A stretch of DNA of 64,000 bases, from contig JAEULH010000068.1 in the NCBI GenBank assembly GCA_016793925.1, positions 40,483 to 104,482 on the forward strand, in the 5' to 3' direction. A program made the translations under genes and the position numbers. The notes below the pieces were generated by a model. That model was not told where the DNA came from. It saw only the letters and a program-made list of their open reading frames with translations, and made no database searches. Positions 24,473 through 35,720 of this stretch are shown in pieces. The stretch comes from Rhodospirillales bacterium (GTDB lineage Bacteria; Pseudomonadota; Alphaproteobacteria; Rhodospirillales; Defluviicoccaceae). Numbering within the stretch: the first letter of the stretch is position 1; each line of letters starts with the position of its first letter.

Positions 24473-25960
24473 CTAATGTCGCCAGAAACGCGGCGACAAC
24501 AGCGCCAACACCGTAAAGAATTCGAGCCGGCCGAGAAGCATGGCGCCAGATAGAAGCCACTTCGCCGAGTCCGGCAGGGACGAGAAGTTGCCGGCCGGGC
24601 CGATGATCGGGCCCAGGCCGGGACCGACGTTGCCAAGCGCGGTCGCCGCGCCGCTGACGCAGGTGACGAGATCCAGCCCCGTCATGGCGAGCAGAATGCT
24701 CAACACGGCGGTCGTGATCAGGTACAGCCCCATGAAGAGCAACACGCCCGCGACGACGTCGCTGGCGACGGTCCTGCCGTTGTAGGTGGCAGCAAAGGTA
24801 CCATGCGGGAAGATAAGGCGCTGGATGTAGACCTTCAGCGCCAGGCCAAGGATGTCGAAACGGAATGCCTTGATGCCGCCGGCGGTTGAGCCGGTGCATC
24901 CGCCCACGAAGGTGAGGAGAAAGAACAGCACCTGGGCAAAATTCCCCCAGAGAGTGTAGTCGTTGGCGGCAAAGCCCGTGGTGGTAATCACCGAAATCGT
25001 GTTGAACACGGACAGGCGAAGTGCGTCGCCGACGTTAAGGTTGTCCGTGAACCACAGCCAGCCCGTAAGGCCGAGCGCGACGGCAACGACGAAGCGGAGG
25101 TAGCTTCGCACCTGCTCGTCACGGAGGAGGAAGAAGCGGCCGCGGCGTTGCGCCATGCGGACATAAAGCAGGAACGGCAAGCTTCCGAGCAACATGAATA
25201 GCGAAATGATCCACTCGATGGCGGGACTGCGGAAGTAGCCGACGGAATTATCGGAGGTCGAATAGCCGCCAGTAGAAAGCGTCGTCATGGCGTGGACCGC
25301 AGCCTCTAGCCACGTCATCCCCGCCAGATGCAAGGAGCCCATGCAGACGATGGTCATGCCGAGATAGACCAGAAGCAACATCGCCGCGAAGCGCCCCGCC
25401 TGAGGCACGGCCTTGTCGGAGCGTTCGGAGGATTCCAATCGGAACAGTTGCATCCCGCCGATCTGCAGGAACGGCAGCATGGCGAGGCCGACGACGATAA
25501 ACCCGATGCCGCCGATCCATTGAAGCAGGCCGCGCCACAGCAGAATGCCGGGCGGTGCGGTGTCCAGTCCGGCCAGTACCGTCGAACCGGTCGTGGTCAG
25601 GCCGGACATGGTCTCGAAGAAGGCGTCGGTGAAGTTCATCCCGAGACCGGAAAACATCAGCGGCAGCGAGCCGGCGACGGTTGCGCACAACCAGACGCCG
25701 GTCGTCAGGATGAAGCCCTGGCGGATGCTGAGGTGCAGACGCGCCCCGCTCGTCGTCAGCAGCAGCGAAACTCCGGCGAACACGGTAACGCCGGCCGAGA
25801 CGGAAAAAACCTTCCAGTCGGGACTTGAGTAGGCGCCGTCGACCATAGCCGGCACGATCATCAGCGCGCCCAGCGCAGTGACGAACCAGCCGATGATATG
25901 GATGACCGGAACCAGCGCGAGGTTTTCGGGTGCCCGCCCGGTGCGGCTCACTGCAGCCAT
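24473..25960 (-). CDS. trkH: TrkH-family potassium uptake protein
   Basis: 495-aa polytopic membrane protein with repeated pore-loop motifs (TTTGS, STGGYS, TTTGFA, STAGGIK). Confidence 0.9.
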   Translation of the reverse strand: MAAVSRTGRAPENLALVPVIHIIGWFVTALGALMIVPAMVDGAYSSPDWKVFSVSAGVTVFAGVSLLLTTSGARLHLSIRQGFILTTGVWLCATVAGSLPLMFSGLGMNFTDAFFETMSGLTTTGSTVLAGLDTAPPGILLWRGLLQWIGGIGFIVVGLAMLPFLQIGGMQLFRLESSERSDKAVPQAGRFAAMLLLVYLGMTIVCMGSLHLAGMTWLEAAVHAMTTLSTGGYSTSDNSVGYFRSPAIEWIISLFMLLGSLPFLLYVRMAQRRGRFFLLRDEQVRSYLRFVVAVALGLTGWLWFTDNLNVGDALRLSVFNTISVITTTGFAANDYTLWGNFAQVLFFLLTFVGGCTGSTAGGIKAFRFDILGLALKVYIQRLIFPHGTFAATYNGRTVASDVVAGVLLFMGLYLITTAVLSILLAMTGLDLVTCVSGAATALGNVGPGLGPIIGPAGNFSSLPDSAKWLLSGAMLLGRLEFFTVLALLSPRFWRH

Positions 25961-26044
25961 AGCCGTCCCAGCTTTGGCGAATGAGCCTCTCCGGTGAGAC
26001 GGCGATGCGTCTGCATAAGCGGCGCCACGCTCGCCGCCGGCGCC

Positions 26045-26410
26045 TCAGGAGCTTCGCTTGATCATCGGGCCGAGCGGCCGACCCGCGAAAATATGCACGT
26101 GGAAGTGAGCCACCTCCTGATTGGCGTCGCGGCCGATGTTGGCGAGGATGCGATAGCCGTTGTCGACGACGCCAAGCCTGCGCGCCGTTTCGGCCACAGC
26201 GACGAAGAAGCCGCCGACCTCGTCGGCCGGCGCCGCAGTCGTGAAGTCGTCGAGCGAGACGTACGGACCCTTCGGGATCACCAGGACGTGCACCGGCGTT
26301 TGCGGGCGGATATCTTCAAAAGCCAGCGCAACCTCGTTCTCGTAGACCTTCTTGCACGGGATTTCGCCACGGAGAATCCTGGCGAAGATGTTGTCGTTGT
26401 CGTAGGCCAT
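26045..26410 (-). CDS. HIT-family nucleotide hydrolase
   Basis: CIF-type N-terminus DNIFARILRGEIPCKKVYE and the histidine triad HFHVHIF. Confidence 0.85.
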   Translation of the reverse strand: MAYDNDNIFARILRGEIPCKKVYENEVALAFEDIRPQTPVHVLVIPKGPYVSLDDFTTAAPADEVGGFFVAVAETARRLGVVDNGYRILANIGRDANQEVAHFHVHIFAGRPLGPMIKRSS

Positions 26411-26411
26411 G

Positions 26412-26768
26412 TCATCCACTCCCTTGCTCCGGCCGTCCGCCGCTTCCGCGCGCCGCCTTCTCGGCAATCCCCGAGATGCCCTGCCGTCGCCCGAGTTCGG
26501 CCCAGACCTCGGTCGGCCCAAGCCCTGCATCGGCCCATAGGACAAGCAAGTGATAGAGGAGGTCGGCGCTCTCGGAGGCGATACGCCCGGGTTCGCTCAG
26601 CGCCGCAACCACCACTTCGACAGCTTCCTCGCCGAGTTTGCGGGCGATCTTGCCGCGCCCTTCTTCAAACAGGCGCGCAGTATAGGAGGTCTGCGCGTCA
26701 CCGCCGCGTCGCTCCTCGATGACCGCAAACAGCGCCTCGAGAATACGAGCATCCTCTTCAGCCGCCAT
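26412..26768 (-). CDS. hisE: phosphoribosyl-ATP pyrophosphatase
   Basis: [29 protein letters not shown]...[13 protein letters not shown]. Confidence 0.9.
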   Translation of the reverse strand: MAAEEDARILEALFAVIEERRGGDAQTSYTARLFEEGRGKIARKLGEEAVEVVVAALSEPGRIASESADLLYHLLVLWADAGLGPTEVWAELGRRQGISGIAEKAARGSGGRPEQGSG

Positions 26769-27543
26769 CGATCGCAGATCCCGCGTCTACGCGCACGGCA
26801 ATACCGGCGCGGCGAAGATGGGCCTTGGCTTCGGCAATCGTAAACGTGCCGAAGTGAAAGATCGAAGCGGCGAGAACGGCCGAGGCATGAGCGTCGCGCA
26901 CGCCCGCGACGAGATGGTCGAGTGAACCGACGCCGCCCGAGGCAATCACCGGAACGCGCACCGCGTCGGCGATTGCGCGGGTCAGCGGAATGTCGAAGCC
27001 GACCTGCGTGCCGTCACGATCCATGGACGTGACCAGCAGCTCACCGGCGCCGTAGTCAACCATCCGCTTTGCCCAGGCGATGGCGTCGATCCCGGTCGCG
27101 GCGCGCCCACCATGGGTGAAGATCTCGAATCGGCCCGGGGCGGCCGTCTTTGCGTCGACCGAGACGACTATGCACTGACTTCCGAACTTTTCGGCTGCTT
27201 CAGCAACGAACTCCGGCATCTTGACGGCCGCCGTGTTGATCGAAACCTTGTCGGCGCCGGCGAGCAGAAGCCGGCGAATGTCCTCGATCGTACGCACGCC
27301 GCCGCCGACCGTCAGCGGCATAAAGCACTGCTCCGCCGTCCGCCGGACAACGTCGAGGATGGTGTCGCGGTTCTCGTGGCTCGCCGTGATATCGAGAAAG
27401 CAAAGCTCGTCGGCGCCGGCGGCATCGTAAACACGAGCCTGCTCGACCGGGTCGCCGGCGTCGACCAGATCGACGAAGCGCACGCCCTTGACGACGCGGC
27501 CGCCTTCGACGTCGAGGCAGGGAATGATCCGGACCTTAAGCAT
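26758..27543 (-). CDS. hisF: imidazole glycerol phosphate synthase cyclase subunit
   Basis: [23 protein letters not shown]...ASIFHFG. Confidence 0.95.
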   Translation of the reverse strand: MLKVRIIPCLDVEGGRVVKGVRFVDLVDAGDPVEQARVYDAAGADELCFLDITASHENRDTILDVVRRTAEQCFMPLTVGGGVRTIEDIRRLLLAGADKVSINTAAVKMPEFVAEAAEKFGSQCIVVSVDAKTAAPGRFEIFTHGGRAATGIDAIAWAKRMVDYGAGELLVTSMDRDGTQVGFDIPLTRAIADAVRVPVIASGGVGSLDHLVAGVRDAHASAVLAASIFHFGTFTIAEAKAHLRRAGIAVRVDAGSAIDGG

Positions 27544-28312
27544 TGCCGTGCGCCCCCACCGAATCGGTCCCCTCCGCGCGATCGTCTTGCATGAGCAGCG
27601 CCACCGCCGCCGCCGGGTCGATCCGGCCGTCATAGAGTGCCCGGCCACATATCACGCCGGCGATATCGCCTTGTGTCGACGCGGCCTTGAGGGCCCGCAG
27701 ATCGTCCATTGCGGATATCCCGCCGGAGGCGATCACCGGCGGACGAACCGCCCGCGCCATTGCGAGGGTCGCTTCGACGTTGGGACCACTCAGGGCGCCG
27801 TCGCGGCTGATATCGGTGTAGATGATCGCGGCGACGCCGTCGTCCTCGAACCGGCGGGCGAGATCGAGCGCGGAAATGCCGCCGGGCTCCGACCAGCCCG
27901 CGACCGCGGCCTCGCCGTCGCGAGCGTCGATGCCGACCGCGATGCGTCCGGGGAAGGCGCGGCAGGCCGCGCCGACCAGCGCCGGATTGCGCACCGCGAC
28001 AGTGCCGAGCACGACCCGGCTGACGCCGTTTTCCAGCCAGCGCTCGATCGTTGCCATCTCGCGAATGCCGCCGCCCAGTTGCACCGGGATGTCAATCGCT
28101 CGGACGATCTCCGCCACCGCCGCCGCATTGATCGGCTTGCCGGCGAAGGCGCCGTTCAGATCGACAACGTGCAGCCATTGGCAACCGGCGGCGGCGAAGG
28201 CGCGCGCCTGCGCCGCCGGATCGGCGTTGAACACCGTAGCCGTGGCCATCTCGCCCCGCAGCAGGCGAACACAGGCGCCGTCCTTCAGGTCGATGGCGGG
28301 ATAGAAGATCAT
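27536..28312 (-). CDS. hisA: ProFAR isomerase
   Basis: [22 protein letters not shown]...HVVDLNGA. Confidence 0.95.
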   Translation of the reverse strand: MIFYPAIDLKDGACVRLLRGEMATATVFNADPAAQARAFAAAGCQWLHVVDLNGAFAGKPINAAAVAEIVRAIDIPVQLGGGIREMATIERWLENGVSRVVLGTVAVRNPALVGAACRAFPGRIAVGIDARDGEAAVAGWSEPGGISALDLARRFEDDGVAAIIYTDISRDGALSGPNVEATLAMARAVRPPVIASGGISAMDDLRALKAASTQGDIAGVICGRALYDGRIDPAAAVALLMQDDRAEGTDSVGAHGNA

Positions 28313-28953
28313 GGCCGCCACGCAAGGAAATTACCGATCAGCCGCAGCCCCACGGCCTGGCTCTTCTCGGGATGGAACTGGGTGCCCACCAGGTTGTCGC
28401 GACCGATGACCGCCGAGACGGGGCCGCCGTAGTCGACGGTTGCGAGAAGATGATCGGGATTGGCACAGACAAAGCCAAAGCTGTGGACGAAGTAGGCATG
28501 TGCGCCGGAGCCGATGCCGCCCAAGAGCGGATGGTCGGACCGGATCAGCTCGAGCTCGTTCCAACCCATGTGTGGAACCTTCAGCGCAGGGTCGGCGGGC
28601 GCGAGCGCGGCAACCTCGCCGCCAATCCAGCCGAAACCGGGATGATCGCCATGCTCGCGGCCGATGTCGGCAAGAAGTTGCATGCCGACGCAGATACCGA
28701 GAAAGGGGCGGCCGCGCTCGATCACGTTGCGCCGAAGCGCTTCGACCATGCCCGGCAACGCCTCCAGCCCACGGCGACAGTCGGCGAAGGCGCCGACGCC
28801 CGGCAGGACGATGTGCCCGGCGCGGTCGAGGTCGTCCGGATCGGCGGTCACCCGGACCTCGGCGGCGAGTTCGGCCTCGCGCACCGCCCGCTCGAAGGCC
28901 TTGGCGGCGGAACGCAAGTTGCCCGAGCCGTAATCGACGATCGCTACGATCAT
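28309..28953 (-). CDS. hisH: imidazole glycerol phosphate synthase glutaminase subunit
   Basis: [15 protein letters not shown]...GICVGMQLL...QFHPEKS. Confidence 0.95.
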   Translation of the reverse strand: MIVAIVDYGSGNLRSAAKAFERAVREAELAAEVRVTADPDDLDRAGHIVLPGVGAFADCRRGLEALPGMVEALRRNVIERGRPFLGICVGMQLLADIGREHGDHPGFGWIGGEVAALAPADPALKVPHMGWNELELIRSDHPLLGGIGSGAHAYFVHSFGFVCANPDHLLATVDYGGPVSAVIGRDNLVGTQFHPEKSQAVGLRLIGNFLAWRP

Positions 28954-29342
28954 GACGCGTAGTCCGCGGTGAGCTGAGGGTGGCGCTCGAAGAAGCGGTG
29001 CTCGGCGGCGTCGCCGTCGGCGGCAGCGACGATGTCGCTTTGGATGAAGCCGCGGCGTTCCAGGGTCCAGCGCTTCAAATCGTTGCCGATCACCCCCAGG
29101 AGAACGGCAAGTCCCATCGAGATACTCGTCTGGGTAACGACGCTGGCGTTCAGCCAGCTCATGAGCGCGCCCGCGAGCGCTTCGGCGATGACGATGCCGA
29201 GCGCAACCAGCCACAGTCGGCTCCACAGCGCCCAGACTGCAGAGAACAGGAAAGCCGGCCAGGAAAAGCCTTCCTTGACGACGACGATGTCGCGGTCGGG
29301 ATCAAGACCGTGGCGGCGTGTGTGGATCGTGAAAACCTTCAT
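28950..29342 (-). CDS. DUF2628-type small membrane protein embedded in the his operon
   Basis: MKVFTIHTRR...VKEGFSWPAFLFSAVWALWSRLW. It sits between hisB and hisH, as in many alphaproteobacteria. Confidence 0.7.
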   Translation of the reverse strand: MKVFTIHTRRHGLDPDRDIVVVKEGFSWPAFLFSAVWALWSRLWLVALGIVIAEALAGALMSWLNASVVTQTSISMGLAVLLGVIGNDLKRWTLERRGFIQSDIVAAADGDAAEHRFFERHPQLTADYAS

Positions 29343-29386
29343 CGCACTGGTGGATCTTTCCCTTCCGGCCGATCCGTTTCGGCTAT

Positions 29387-29986
29387 TCAAAGAGAGCCGC
29401 CAAGAACGCCCTTGGTGGACGGCACGGCCTCGGCCTTGCGCGGATCGATCTCGACGGCTTCGCGCAGGGCCCGCGCCAACCCCTTGAAACAGGCTTCGCA
29501 GATATGATGGCTGTTTTCGCCGTACAGCGTCTCGACGTGCAGCGTCAGACCGGCGTTCTGTGAGAAGGCCTGGAACCACTCCTTGACCATCTCGGTATCG
29601 AGCGCGCCGAGCATCGGCTGATTGAACGCGACCTTCCAGATCAGGTACGGCCGGTTCGAGGCGTCGACCACCACCCGCGTCAACGTCTCGTCCATCGCCG
29701 TCAGGGCCTGACCGTAGCGCCGAATGCCACGCCGCTCGCCCAGCGCCTGCGCCACCGCTTGGCCGACGACGATGCCCACGTCCTCGGTCGTATGATGGCT
29801 GTCGATGTGCAGGTCGCCCTCGGCCTTGACGGTCAGGTCGAGAAGGCTGTGGCGGGCGAGCTGGGCCAGCATGTGGTCGAGAAAGCCGATGCCGGTGGCG
29901 ATGTCGTAGCGCCCGGAGCCATCCAGATCGACCGCCACCTTCACCTGCGTTTCGTTCGTCGCCCGCTCGATGCTTGCCGTGCGCAT
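29387..29986 (-). CDS. hisB: imidazoleglycerol-phosphate dehydratase
   Basis: [16 protein letters not shown]...GFLDHML...[11 protein letters not shown]...ENSHHICEA. Confidence 0.95.
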   Translation of the reverse strand: MRTASIERATNETQVKVAVDLDGSGRYDIATGIGFLDHMLAQLARHSLLDLTVKAEGDLHIDSHHTTEDVGIVVGQAVAQALGERRGIRRYGQALTAMDETLTRVVVDASNRPYLIWKVAFNQPMLGALDTEMVKEWFQAFSQNAGLTLHVETLYGENSHHICEACFKGLARALREAVEIDPRKAEAVPSTKGVLGGSL

Positions 29987-30175
29987 AGGCTCTCCATTGC
30001 CATCTTGAGGCGGTTTTAGCAGCATTCCGCGGCGTTCGTCACCGCCGCTCATCGCGACCGACCGGCGGCCGGCGCGCGGGAGCGCAACTTGACCTGCCCC
30101 GTCGCGCCGCCTACATCGTCCAAGCATTCCATACCGGCGCCGGACGCGTCGATCTCCATCCGGAAAGCGTTTCCT

Positions 30176-30724
30176 ATGAAGTCCTTTGACGAGCGCTCGT
30201 GGCACGGCACAACCATCCTCGCCGTTCGCAAGGACGGGCAGGTGGTCATCGCCGGCGACGGCCAGGTCACCCTCGGCAATACGATCGTAAAGGCGAACGC
30301 ACGCAAGGTCCGCCGGATCGGCGACGGCGCCGTGCTCGCCGGCTTTGCCGGAGCCACGGCCGACGCATTCACCCTGTTCGAGCGACTGGAAGCCAAGCTG
30401 GAGCAGTATCCGGGACAGCTCACCCGGGCCTGCGTCGAATTGGCGAAGGACTGGCGGACGGATCGCTACCTGCGCCGTCTTGAGGCGATGATGGCCGTCG
30501 CCGATGCTCAGGCCTCCCTGGTGCTGACGGGCACCGGCGACGTGCTCGAACCGGAGTACGGGCTGATCGGGATCGGCTCCGGCGGGAACTACGCCCTGGC
30601 GGCGGCACGGGCGATGATCGACCGCCCGGACATGGACGCCGTCGCGATTGCGCGGCGATCGCTGGAGATCGCGGCCGACATCTGCGTCTTTACCAACCGC
30701 AATATCCTGATCGAGAGCCTATGA
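30176..30724 (+). CDS. hslV: ATP-dependent protease subunit HslV
   Basis: [26 protein letters not shown]...[13 protein letters not shown]. Confidence 0.95.
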   Translation: MKSFDERSWHGTTILAVRKDGQVVIAGDGQVTLGNTIVKANARKVRRIGDGAVLAGFAGATADAFTLFERLEAKLEQYPGQLTRACVELAKDWRTDRYLRRLEAMMAVADAQASLVLTGTGDVLEPEYGLIGIGSGGNYALAAARAMIDRPDMDAVAIARRSLEIAADICVFTNRNILIESL

Positions 30725-32034
30725 CCAGCTTCACCCCCCGCGAGATCGTTTCCGAGCTGGACCGCTACATCGTCGGCCAGAACGACGCCAAGCGCGCGGT
30801 CGCGATCGCGCTGCGCAACCGCTGGCGCCGCCAACAGCTCGAGGACGGCATGCGTCAGGAAGTGTTGCCCAAGAACATCCTCATGATCGGCCCGACCGGC
30901 GTCGGCAAGACCGAAATCGCACGGCGGCTGGCCAACCTGGCGCAGGCGCCGTTCCTCAAGGTCGAAGCGACCAAGTTCACCGAGATCGGCTATGTCGGTC
31001 GAGACGTCGAGCAGATCGTCCGCGACCTGCTCGAGATCGCGGTGCACATGACCCGCGAGCGGTTGCGCAAGGAGGTGAGCGCCCGCGCCGAACTCGCCGC
31101 CGAGGATCGGGTGCTGACGGCACTGGTCGGCGAGAAGGCCAGCCCCGAGACCCGCGATCGCTTCCGCCGGATGCTGCGCGCCGGCGAACTTGCCGACCGG
31201 GAAGTCGAGATCCAGGTCACCGAGAGCAGCGGGCTGCAATTGCCGACGTTCGACATCCCCGGCATGCCGGGCGCGCAGATGGGCATGCTCAACATCAACG
31301 AGATGCTGGGCAAGGCCTTCGGCGGCCCGCCGACCAAGACCAAGAAGATGTCGGTCGCGGATTCCTACGAGGTTCTGGTCGGCCAGGAGGCCGACAAGCT
31401 TCTCGACGAGGATCGGATCGTCAAGGAGGCGATCGAGGCGGTTGAAAACGACGGCATCGTCTTCCTCGACGAAATCGACAAGATCACCGCCCGTTCCGAA
31501 CGGGTCGGCGCCGACGTCAGTCGGGAAGGCGTGCAGCGCGATCTGCTGCCCCTGATCGAGGGCACCATCGTCGCGACGAAGCGCGGCAACGTCCGCACCG
31601 ACCATATCCTGTTCATCGCCAGCGGCGCGTTTCACGTGGCCAAGCCGGCCGACATGCTTCCGGAGTTGCAGGGTCGACTGCCGATCCGCGTCGAGCTGAA
31701 GGCCCTGACCCGCGACGACTTCGTCCGCATCCTGACCGAGCCCGAGGCAAGCCTGATCAAGCAGTACAAGGCGCTGATGGCGACGGAGGAGGTGACCATC
31801 GCCTTCACCGACGACGCGGTGGAGGAGATCGCGACCCTGGCAGCCGAGATCAATCAGGGCGTGGAGAACATCGGCGCACGCCGGCTGCAGACGGTGATGG
31901 AGAAGCTGGTCGAGGAGATCAGCTTTTCGGCCTCCGAGCGCGGCGGCGAGACCATCGAGATCACCGCCGCGGACGTTCGGACTCGCGTTGGCGAACTGGC
32001 CAAAAACGCCGATCTGACCAGGTTCATCCTGTAA
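30721..32034 (+). CDS. hslU: ATP-dependent protease ATPase subunit HslU
   Basis: [32 protein letters not shown]...[17 protein letters not shown]. Confidence 0.95.
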   Translation: MTSFTPREIVSELDRYIVGQNDAKRAVAIALRNRWRRQQLEDGMRQEVLPKNILMIGPTGVGKTEIARRLANLAQAPFLKVEATKFTEIGYVGRDVEQIVRDLLEIAVHMTRERLRKEVSARAELAAEDRVLTALVGEKASPETRDRFRRMLRAGELADREVEIQVTESSGLQLPTFDIPGMPGAQMGMLNINEMLGKAFGGPPTKTKKMSVADSYEVLVGQEADKLLDEDRIVKEAIEAVENDGIVFLDEIDKITARSERVGADVSREGVQRDLLPLIEGTIVATKRGNVRTDHILFIASGAFHVAKPADMLPELQGRLPIRVELKALTRDDFVRILTEPEASLIKQYKALMATEEVTIAFTDDAVEEIATLAAEINQGVENIGARRLQTVMEKLVEEISFSASERGGETIEITAADVRTRVGELAKNADLTRFIL

Positions 32035-32038
32035 CCCG

Positions 32039-32641
32039 CTACCGCTCCTCGCGCTGTCGGCGGAGCAGGACGTAGAGCGCGCCCTCGCCGCCGTGAGCGG
32101 GCGCGGCGTGGGAGAAGGCGAGGATGCGCGTACGGTTTCCCGACTGGTTGAGCCAGTGGGGGACGTTGGCCCGCAGCACGCCGACTGAGCCGTCCGCCCG
32201 ATAGCCCTTGCCGGTGATGACCAGCACGCAGCGCTTACCCGCCCCGTGCGCATCGGCGAGGAAACGGTTCAGCGCCGCATGGGCCTCGCTCTGGGTCATG
32301 TTGTGCAGATCGATCCGGCGCTCGGGCGCGATCAGTCCGCGGCGCAGCCGCGCCAGGGTGCGCTTGTCGATCCCTGGGGCAACGCCCGGCGCCAGTTCCG
32401 GCGGCGCGGCGCGGCTGAGACGAACAGGCGGTGGCGGCAGCGGAGCGGCCGATGCATGATCCGGCTGGCCCGGCGTGGCGGCGCGCGCGGACGGCCGGCC
32501 GTGCACCTCCCTCCCGACAGCCCCGACAGGCGCCGGCGGCGCCGGTTCCCGCTTCTTGAGAGGCGTAATCCCCTCGGTCACCCGCCGCCACAGTTCCCGA
32601 TCGGGCGCCTCGTCGTCGCCGTTCCTATCCTTCGCCGGCAT
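32039..32641 (-). CDS. Smr-domain protein
   Basis: C-terminal IDLHNMTQSEAHAALNRFL...VLVITGKG...GVLRANVPHWL. Confidence 0.8.
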   Translation of the reverse strand: MPAKDRNGDDEAPDRELWRRVTEGITPLKKREPAPPAPVGAVGREVHGRPSARAATPGQPDHASAAPLPPPPVRLSRAAPPELAPGVAPGIDKRTLARLRRGLIAPERRIDLHNMTQSEAHAALNRFLADAHGAGKRCVLVITGKGYRADGSVGVLRANVPHWLNQSGNRTRILAFSHAAPAHGGEGALYVLLRRQREER

Positions 32642-32656
32642 CGGCTTCGTGCGCGG

Positions 32657-33358
32657 TCATGACGTCTCCGCCGACGACGACGCCCCGTCGACCAGGATGA
32701 TGTGCAGCCGCCGCGGCCCATGGGCGCCGAGGAGCAGGGTCTGTTCGATGTCGGCCGTGCGCGAGGGTCCGGTAATCCAGTTGACGACCCGCGGCATAAC
32801 GCCCGCGCCAGCGCGCGCGCGCAGCCGCGCCCAGGTGTCTTCGTAACTGCCGACGATCCGATCGACGAAAAGAATCGCGACGTGGTAGTCGGGAAGGAAG
32901 TTCAGCGTCGTCGGGCTCTCCGGCCCGGACAGCAGCACCAGTGTTCCGCTCTCGGCGACGCCGGCGAAACTTCCGGTCAGGGAAACCGCGTCGTGGTCGT
33001 CGGCTTTGCCGGTCGCGATTTGCAGGAGCGGTTCGCGATCCCACGGAATGGCGGCCAGGTCCGGATCGGGCGCAACCTTCACCACTGCCGGCAGGTTCGC
33101 AGCCTGCAGATAGGCGCGAACCCGCTCGGGCACGGAGGCAAGGTCGGCGACGCGCTCGGTGGTCGCATTGACCCGCTCGGCTTCGAACACGAACCGCTCC
33201 AGGGCGTCGGTGCCCTGACTGCGGCCGCGCTCCGGGATCACGTTGGCTTTCGGATTGGTAAGGCGGGCTGCGACCGCCGCGGCGGCGACATCTGCCGGCT
33301 CACGCCGGTCGAGCGCGCGCCGGATCGAACCGAGGATCGTCTCGCGGGCGTCGCTCAT
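32657..33358 (-). CDS. lutC: LUD-domain lactate utilisation protein C
   Basis: MSDARETILGSIRRAL...GVAESGTLVL...PDYHVAILF. It is coupled to lutB (ATGA-type overlap). Confidence 0.8.
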   Translation of the reverse strand: MSDARETILGSIRRALDRREPADVAAAAVAARLTNPKANVIPERGRSQGTDALERFVFEAERVNATTERVADLASVPERVRAYLQAANLPAVVKVAPDPDLAAIPWDREPLLQIATGKADDHDAVSLTGSFAGVAESGTLVLLSGPESPTTLNFLPDYHVAILFVDRIVGSYEDTWARLRARAGAGVMPRVVNWITGPSRTADIEQTLLLGAHGPRRLHIILVDGASSSAETS

Positions 33359-34788
33359 TGTCGCCGACCCCCACGCTCCGACCACATCTGCTGGAAGGTC
33401 TTGCCGGCCGGCGCCGGCAGGTCGCGCGTCCCTGTCCATCCATCGGCAAACGGCAGCCGGCGAAACCGGCCGCCGTTCCGCTTCAGCCGACCGATGCGGC
33501 CGAGGCCGCCGACCCCGAGGCTCATCGCCAACCTGTACAGGGCCGGGCGGCGGGCGAGGAACGCCCAGCCGCTCAAACCGTAGCGGACGGCCGCCGGCGA
33601 ATTCCGCGCCCGGTACTGACGATCGCGCAACTGGCGCAACATCCGCGGCAACGGGATCTGCATCGGGCAGACCTCTTCGCAGCGACCGCACAGGGTCGAG
33701 GCGTTGGGCAGGTTGCCGGCCTCTTCAATGCCGATCAGGTTGGGAATCAGCACGGCACCCATCGGCCCCGAGTAGACCCAGCCGTAGGCGTGGCCGCCGA
33801 TGGCCGCGTAGATCGGGCAGTGATTGATGCAGGCGCCGCAACGGATGCAGCGCAACATCTCGCGGAACTCGTTGCCGAGCATTTCGGTGCGGCCGTTGTC
33901 GAGCAGCAGCACATGCACCTCGCTCGGGCCGTCGAGGTCGCCGCCGCGTCGCGGCCCGGTGGTGAACGTGGTGTAGACCGAAAGATCCTGACCCGTCGCC
34001 GAGCGGGCGAGGACCCGCAGAATGGTCGTCGCATCCTCCAGCGTCGGCACGACCTTCTCGAGGCTGGCGATCACGATCTGCACCCGCGGCAGTGTCTGCG
34101 TGAGATCGCCGTTGCCTTCGTTCGTCACCAGCACGACCGACCCGGTCTCGGCAACCAGCATGTTGGCGCCGGTGATGCCGAGTTCCGCGGCAAGAAACTC
34201 CTGGCGCAGGACGGCACGCGCCTCGGCCAGCATGACCTCCGGCTCCTCCAGCGGCCGCGTCTCCGGGTAGTCGCGGTGGTGACTGCGGAAGGCGTCGGCG
34301 ACCTGGTCCTTGGACAGATGCACGGCCGGGGCGATGATGTGACTGGGCGGCTCGTGTCGAAGCTGGATGATGTATTCGCCGAGGTCGGTTTCGACCGGTC
34401 GAATGCCCTCGGCTTCAAGAAACTCGTTGATGCCGATTTCCTCGCCGATCATCGACTTGCCTTTGGCCACCGTCCGCGCGCCGCTGTCGCGGCAAATCTC
34501 GAGGACTCTCTGGCGGGCGGCTTCGGCGTCCGTGCACCAGTGAACCCGTGTCCCGTTGGCCTCGGCCCTCTCCGTGAAGCGCTCGAGGTAGAGGTCGAGG
34601 TTGGCGATCGCGTGGTCCTTGATCTCGCGCGCGGCCTCCCGCAGCGCGTCGAACTCCGGCATTCGATCGACCGCGGCGCGCCGCTTGACCGGGAAACCTT
34701 CCTTGAAACGACCCAGGGAGTGCTGCAGCTTTGCGTCGTGGAGAGCGCGATGGGCGTTGTCGACGAACGAATGCGCGGTAGAATCCAC
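33355..34788 (-). CDS. lutB: iron-sulfur lactate utilisation protein B
   Basis: CIRCGACINHCP and CGRCEEVCP ferredoxin motifs plus a LUD domain. Confidence 0.85.
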   Translation of the reverse strand: MDSTAHSFVDNAHRALHDAKLQHSLGRFKEGFPVKRRAAVDRMPEFDALREAAREIKDHAIANLDLYLERFTERAEANGTRVHWCTDAEAARQRVLEICRDSGARTVAKGKSMIGEEIGINEFLEAEGIRPVETDLGEYIIQLRHEPPSHIIAPAVHLSKDQVADAFRSHHRDYPETRPLEEPEVMLAEARAVLRQEFLAAELGITGANMLVAETGSVVLVTNEGNGDLTQTLPRVQIVIASLEKVVPTLEDATTILRVLARSATGQDLSVYTTFTTGPRRGGDLDGPSEVHVLLLDNGRTEMLGNEFREMLRCIRCGACINHCPIYAAIGGHAYGWVYSGPMGAVLIPNLIGIEEAGNLPNASTLCGRCEEVCPMQIPLPRMLRQLRDRQYRARNSPAAVRYGLSGWAFLARRPALYRLAMSLGVGGLGRIGRLKRNGGRFRRLPFADGWTGTRDLPAPAGKTFQQMWSERGGRRQ

Positions 34789-34879
34789 GGACGTAACCCT
34801 CCCGGTGGCGTTCGCGCCGGCTTGGCCGCCGGCTGATTGTCAACCCACGACCGGACGCGGTGGGCCCGCGCCGCGGTCG

Positions 34880-35704
34880 TCAGGCGATCTTGGTTTTGGC
34901 CTGCGACGTCTCGCTCTCGCCGATCGGCGGTGCGTCCGCGCAGGTTCCGGCAAGGACTTCGGCCACATGGCGGACGTGCACGTCCAGTCCCCGCCGCTGC
35001 AGCCGGCCGGCCATGTTCATCAAACAGCCCATGTCGCCGCCGATAAGATGGTCGGCGCCGGTCGCGGCGATGGCATCGACCTTGACGTCGACCATCTTCT
35101 CGGAAATTTCCGGGTACTTGACGCAGAACAACCCGCCGAACCCGCAGCAGGCTTCGGCCTCGTCCATCTCCCGCAGCTCCAGTCCCTGGATCCCGGACAA
35201 GAGAGCGCGCGGCTGCTCGCGAATGCCGAGCTCGCGCAGGCCGGAACAGGAGTCGTGGTAGGCGGTGGCAGCCTCCAGGCGACCCGCGATGGGACCCGTC
35301 TTCATCACATCGCTGAGAAAGGTCGTCAGTTCGAAGGTGCGCCGGGCAAGGTCCCGGGCGCGGTCGAGCCAAGCCGGCTCGTCGGCGAACATTTCAGGAT
35401 AGTGGACCTTGATGGTCCCGCCACAGGAGCCGGAAGGCAGCACGACATAGTCGATGCGCGCGAACGCGTCGATGACGCCGCGGGCGAGGGCCTTGGCATC
35501 CGCCACATCGCCGGCGTTGTAGGCCGGCTGGCCGCAGCACGTCTGCGCCGCTGGCACAACCACGTCGCATCCGGCCTGTTCGAGAAGCTTCACCGCGGCA
35601 AAGCCGACGGCCGGCCGCATCAGATCAACAAGGCAGGTGACAAACAGGCCGACGGTTGGGCGGTGCTCCGGCATGTCATGAGAATGCAGCGCAATCCCAG
35701 TCAT
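34880..35704 (-). CDS. lutA: (Fe-S)-binding CCG-domain lactate utilisation protein A
   Basis: VGLFVTCLVDLMRP...QTCCGQPAYN...CCGFGGLF. An alternative start lies at 35674. Confidence 0.85.
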   Translation of the reverse strand: MTGIALHSHDMPEHRPTVGLFVTCLVDLMRPAVGFAAVKLLEQAGCDVVVPAAQTCCGQPAYNAGDVADAKALARGVIDAFARIDYVVLPSGSCGGTIKVHYPEMFADEPAWLDRARDLARRTFELTTFLSDVMKTGPIAGRLEAATAYHDSCSGLRELGIREQPRALLSGIQGLELREMDEAEACCGFGGLFCVKYPEISEKMVDVKVDAIAATGADHLIGGDMGCLMNMAGRLQRRGLDVHVRHVAEVLAGTCADAPPIGESETSQAKTKIA

Positions 35705-35720
35705 GACAATATCATTTGGT

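Noticed and set aside
31628-31643. parS-like CGTTTCACGTGGCCAA inside hslU, and GTCACGTGAC near 52003 inside mnmG.
   Set aside because: Only 11/16 matches to TGTTTCACGTGAAACA, with one half-site destroyed. Both are intragenic and are probably chance CACGTG cores.
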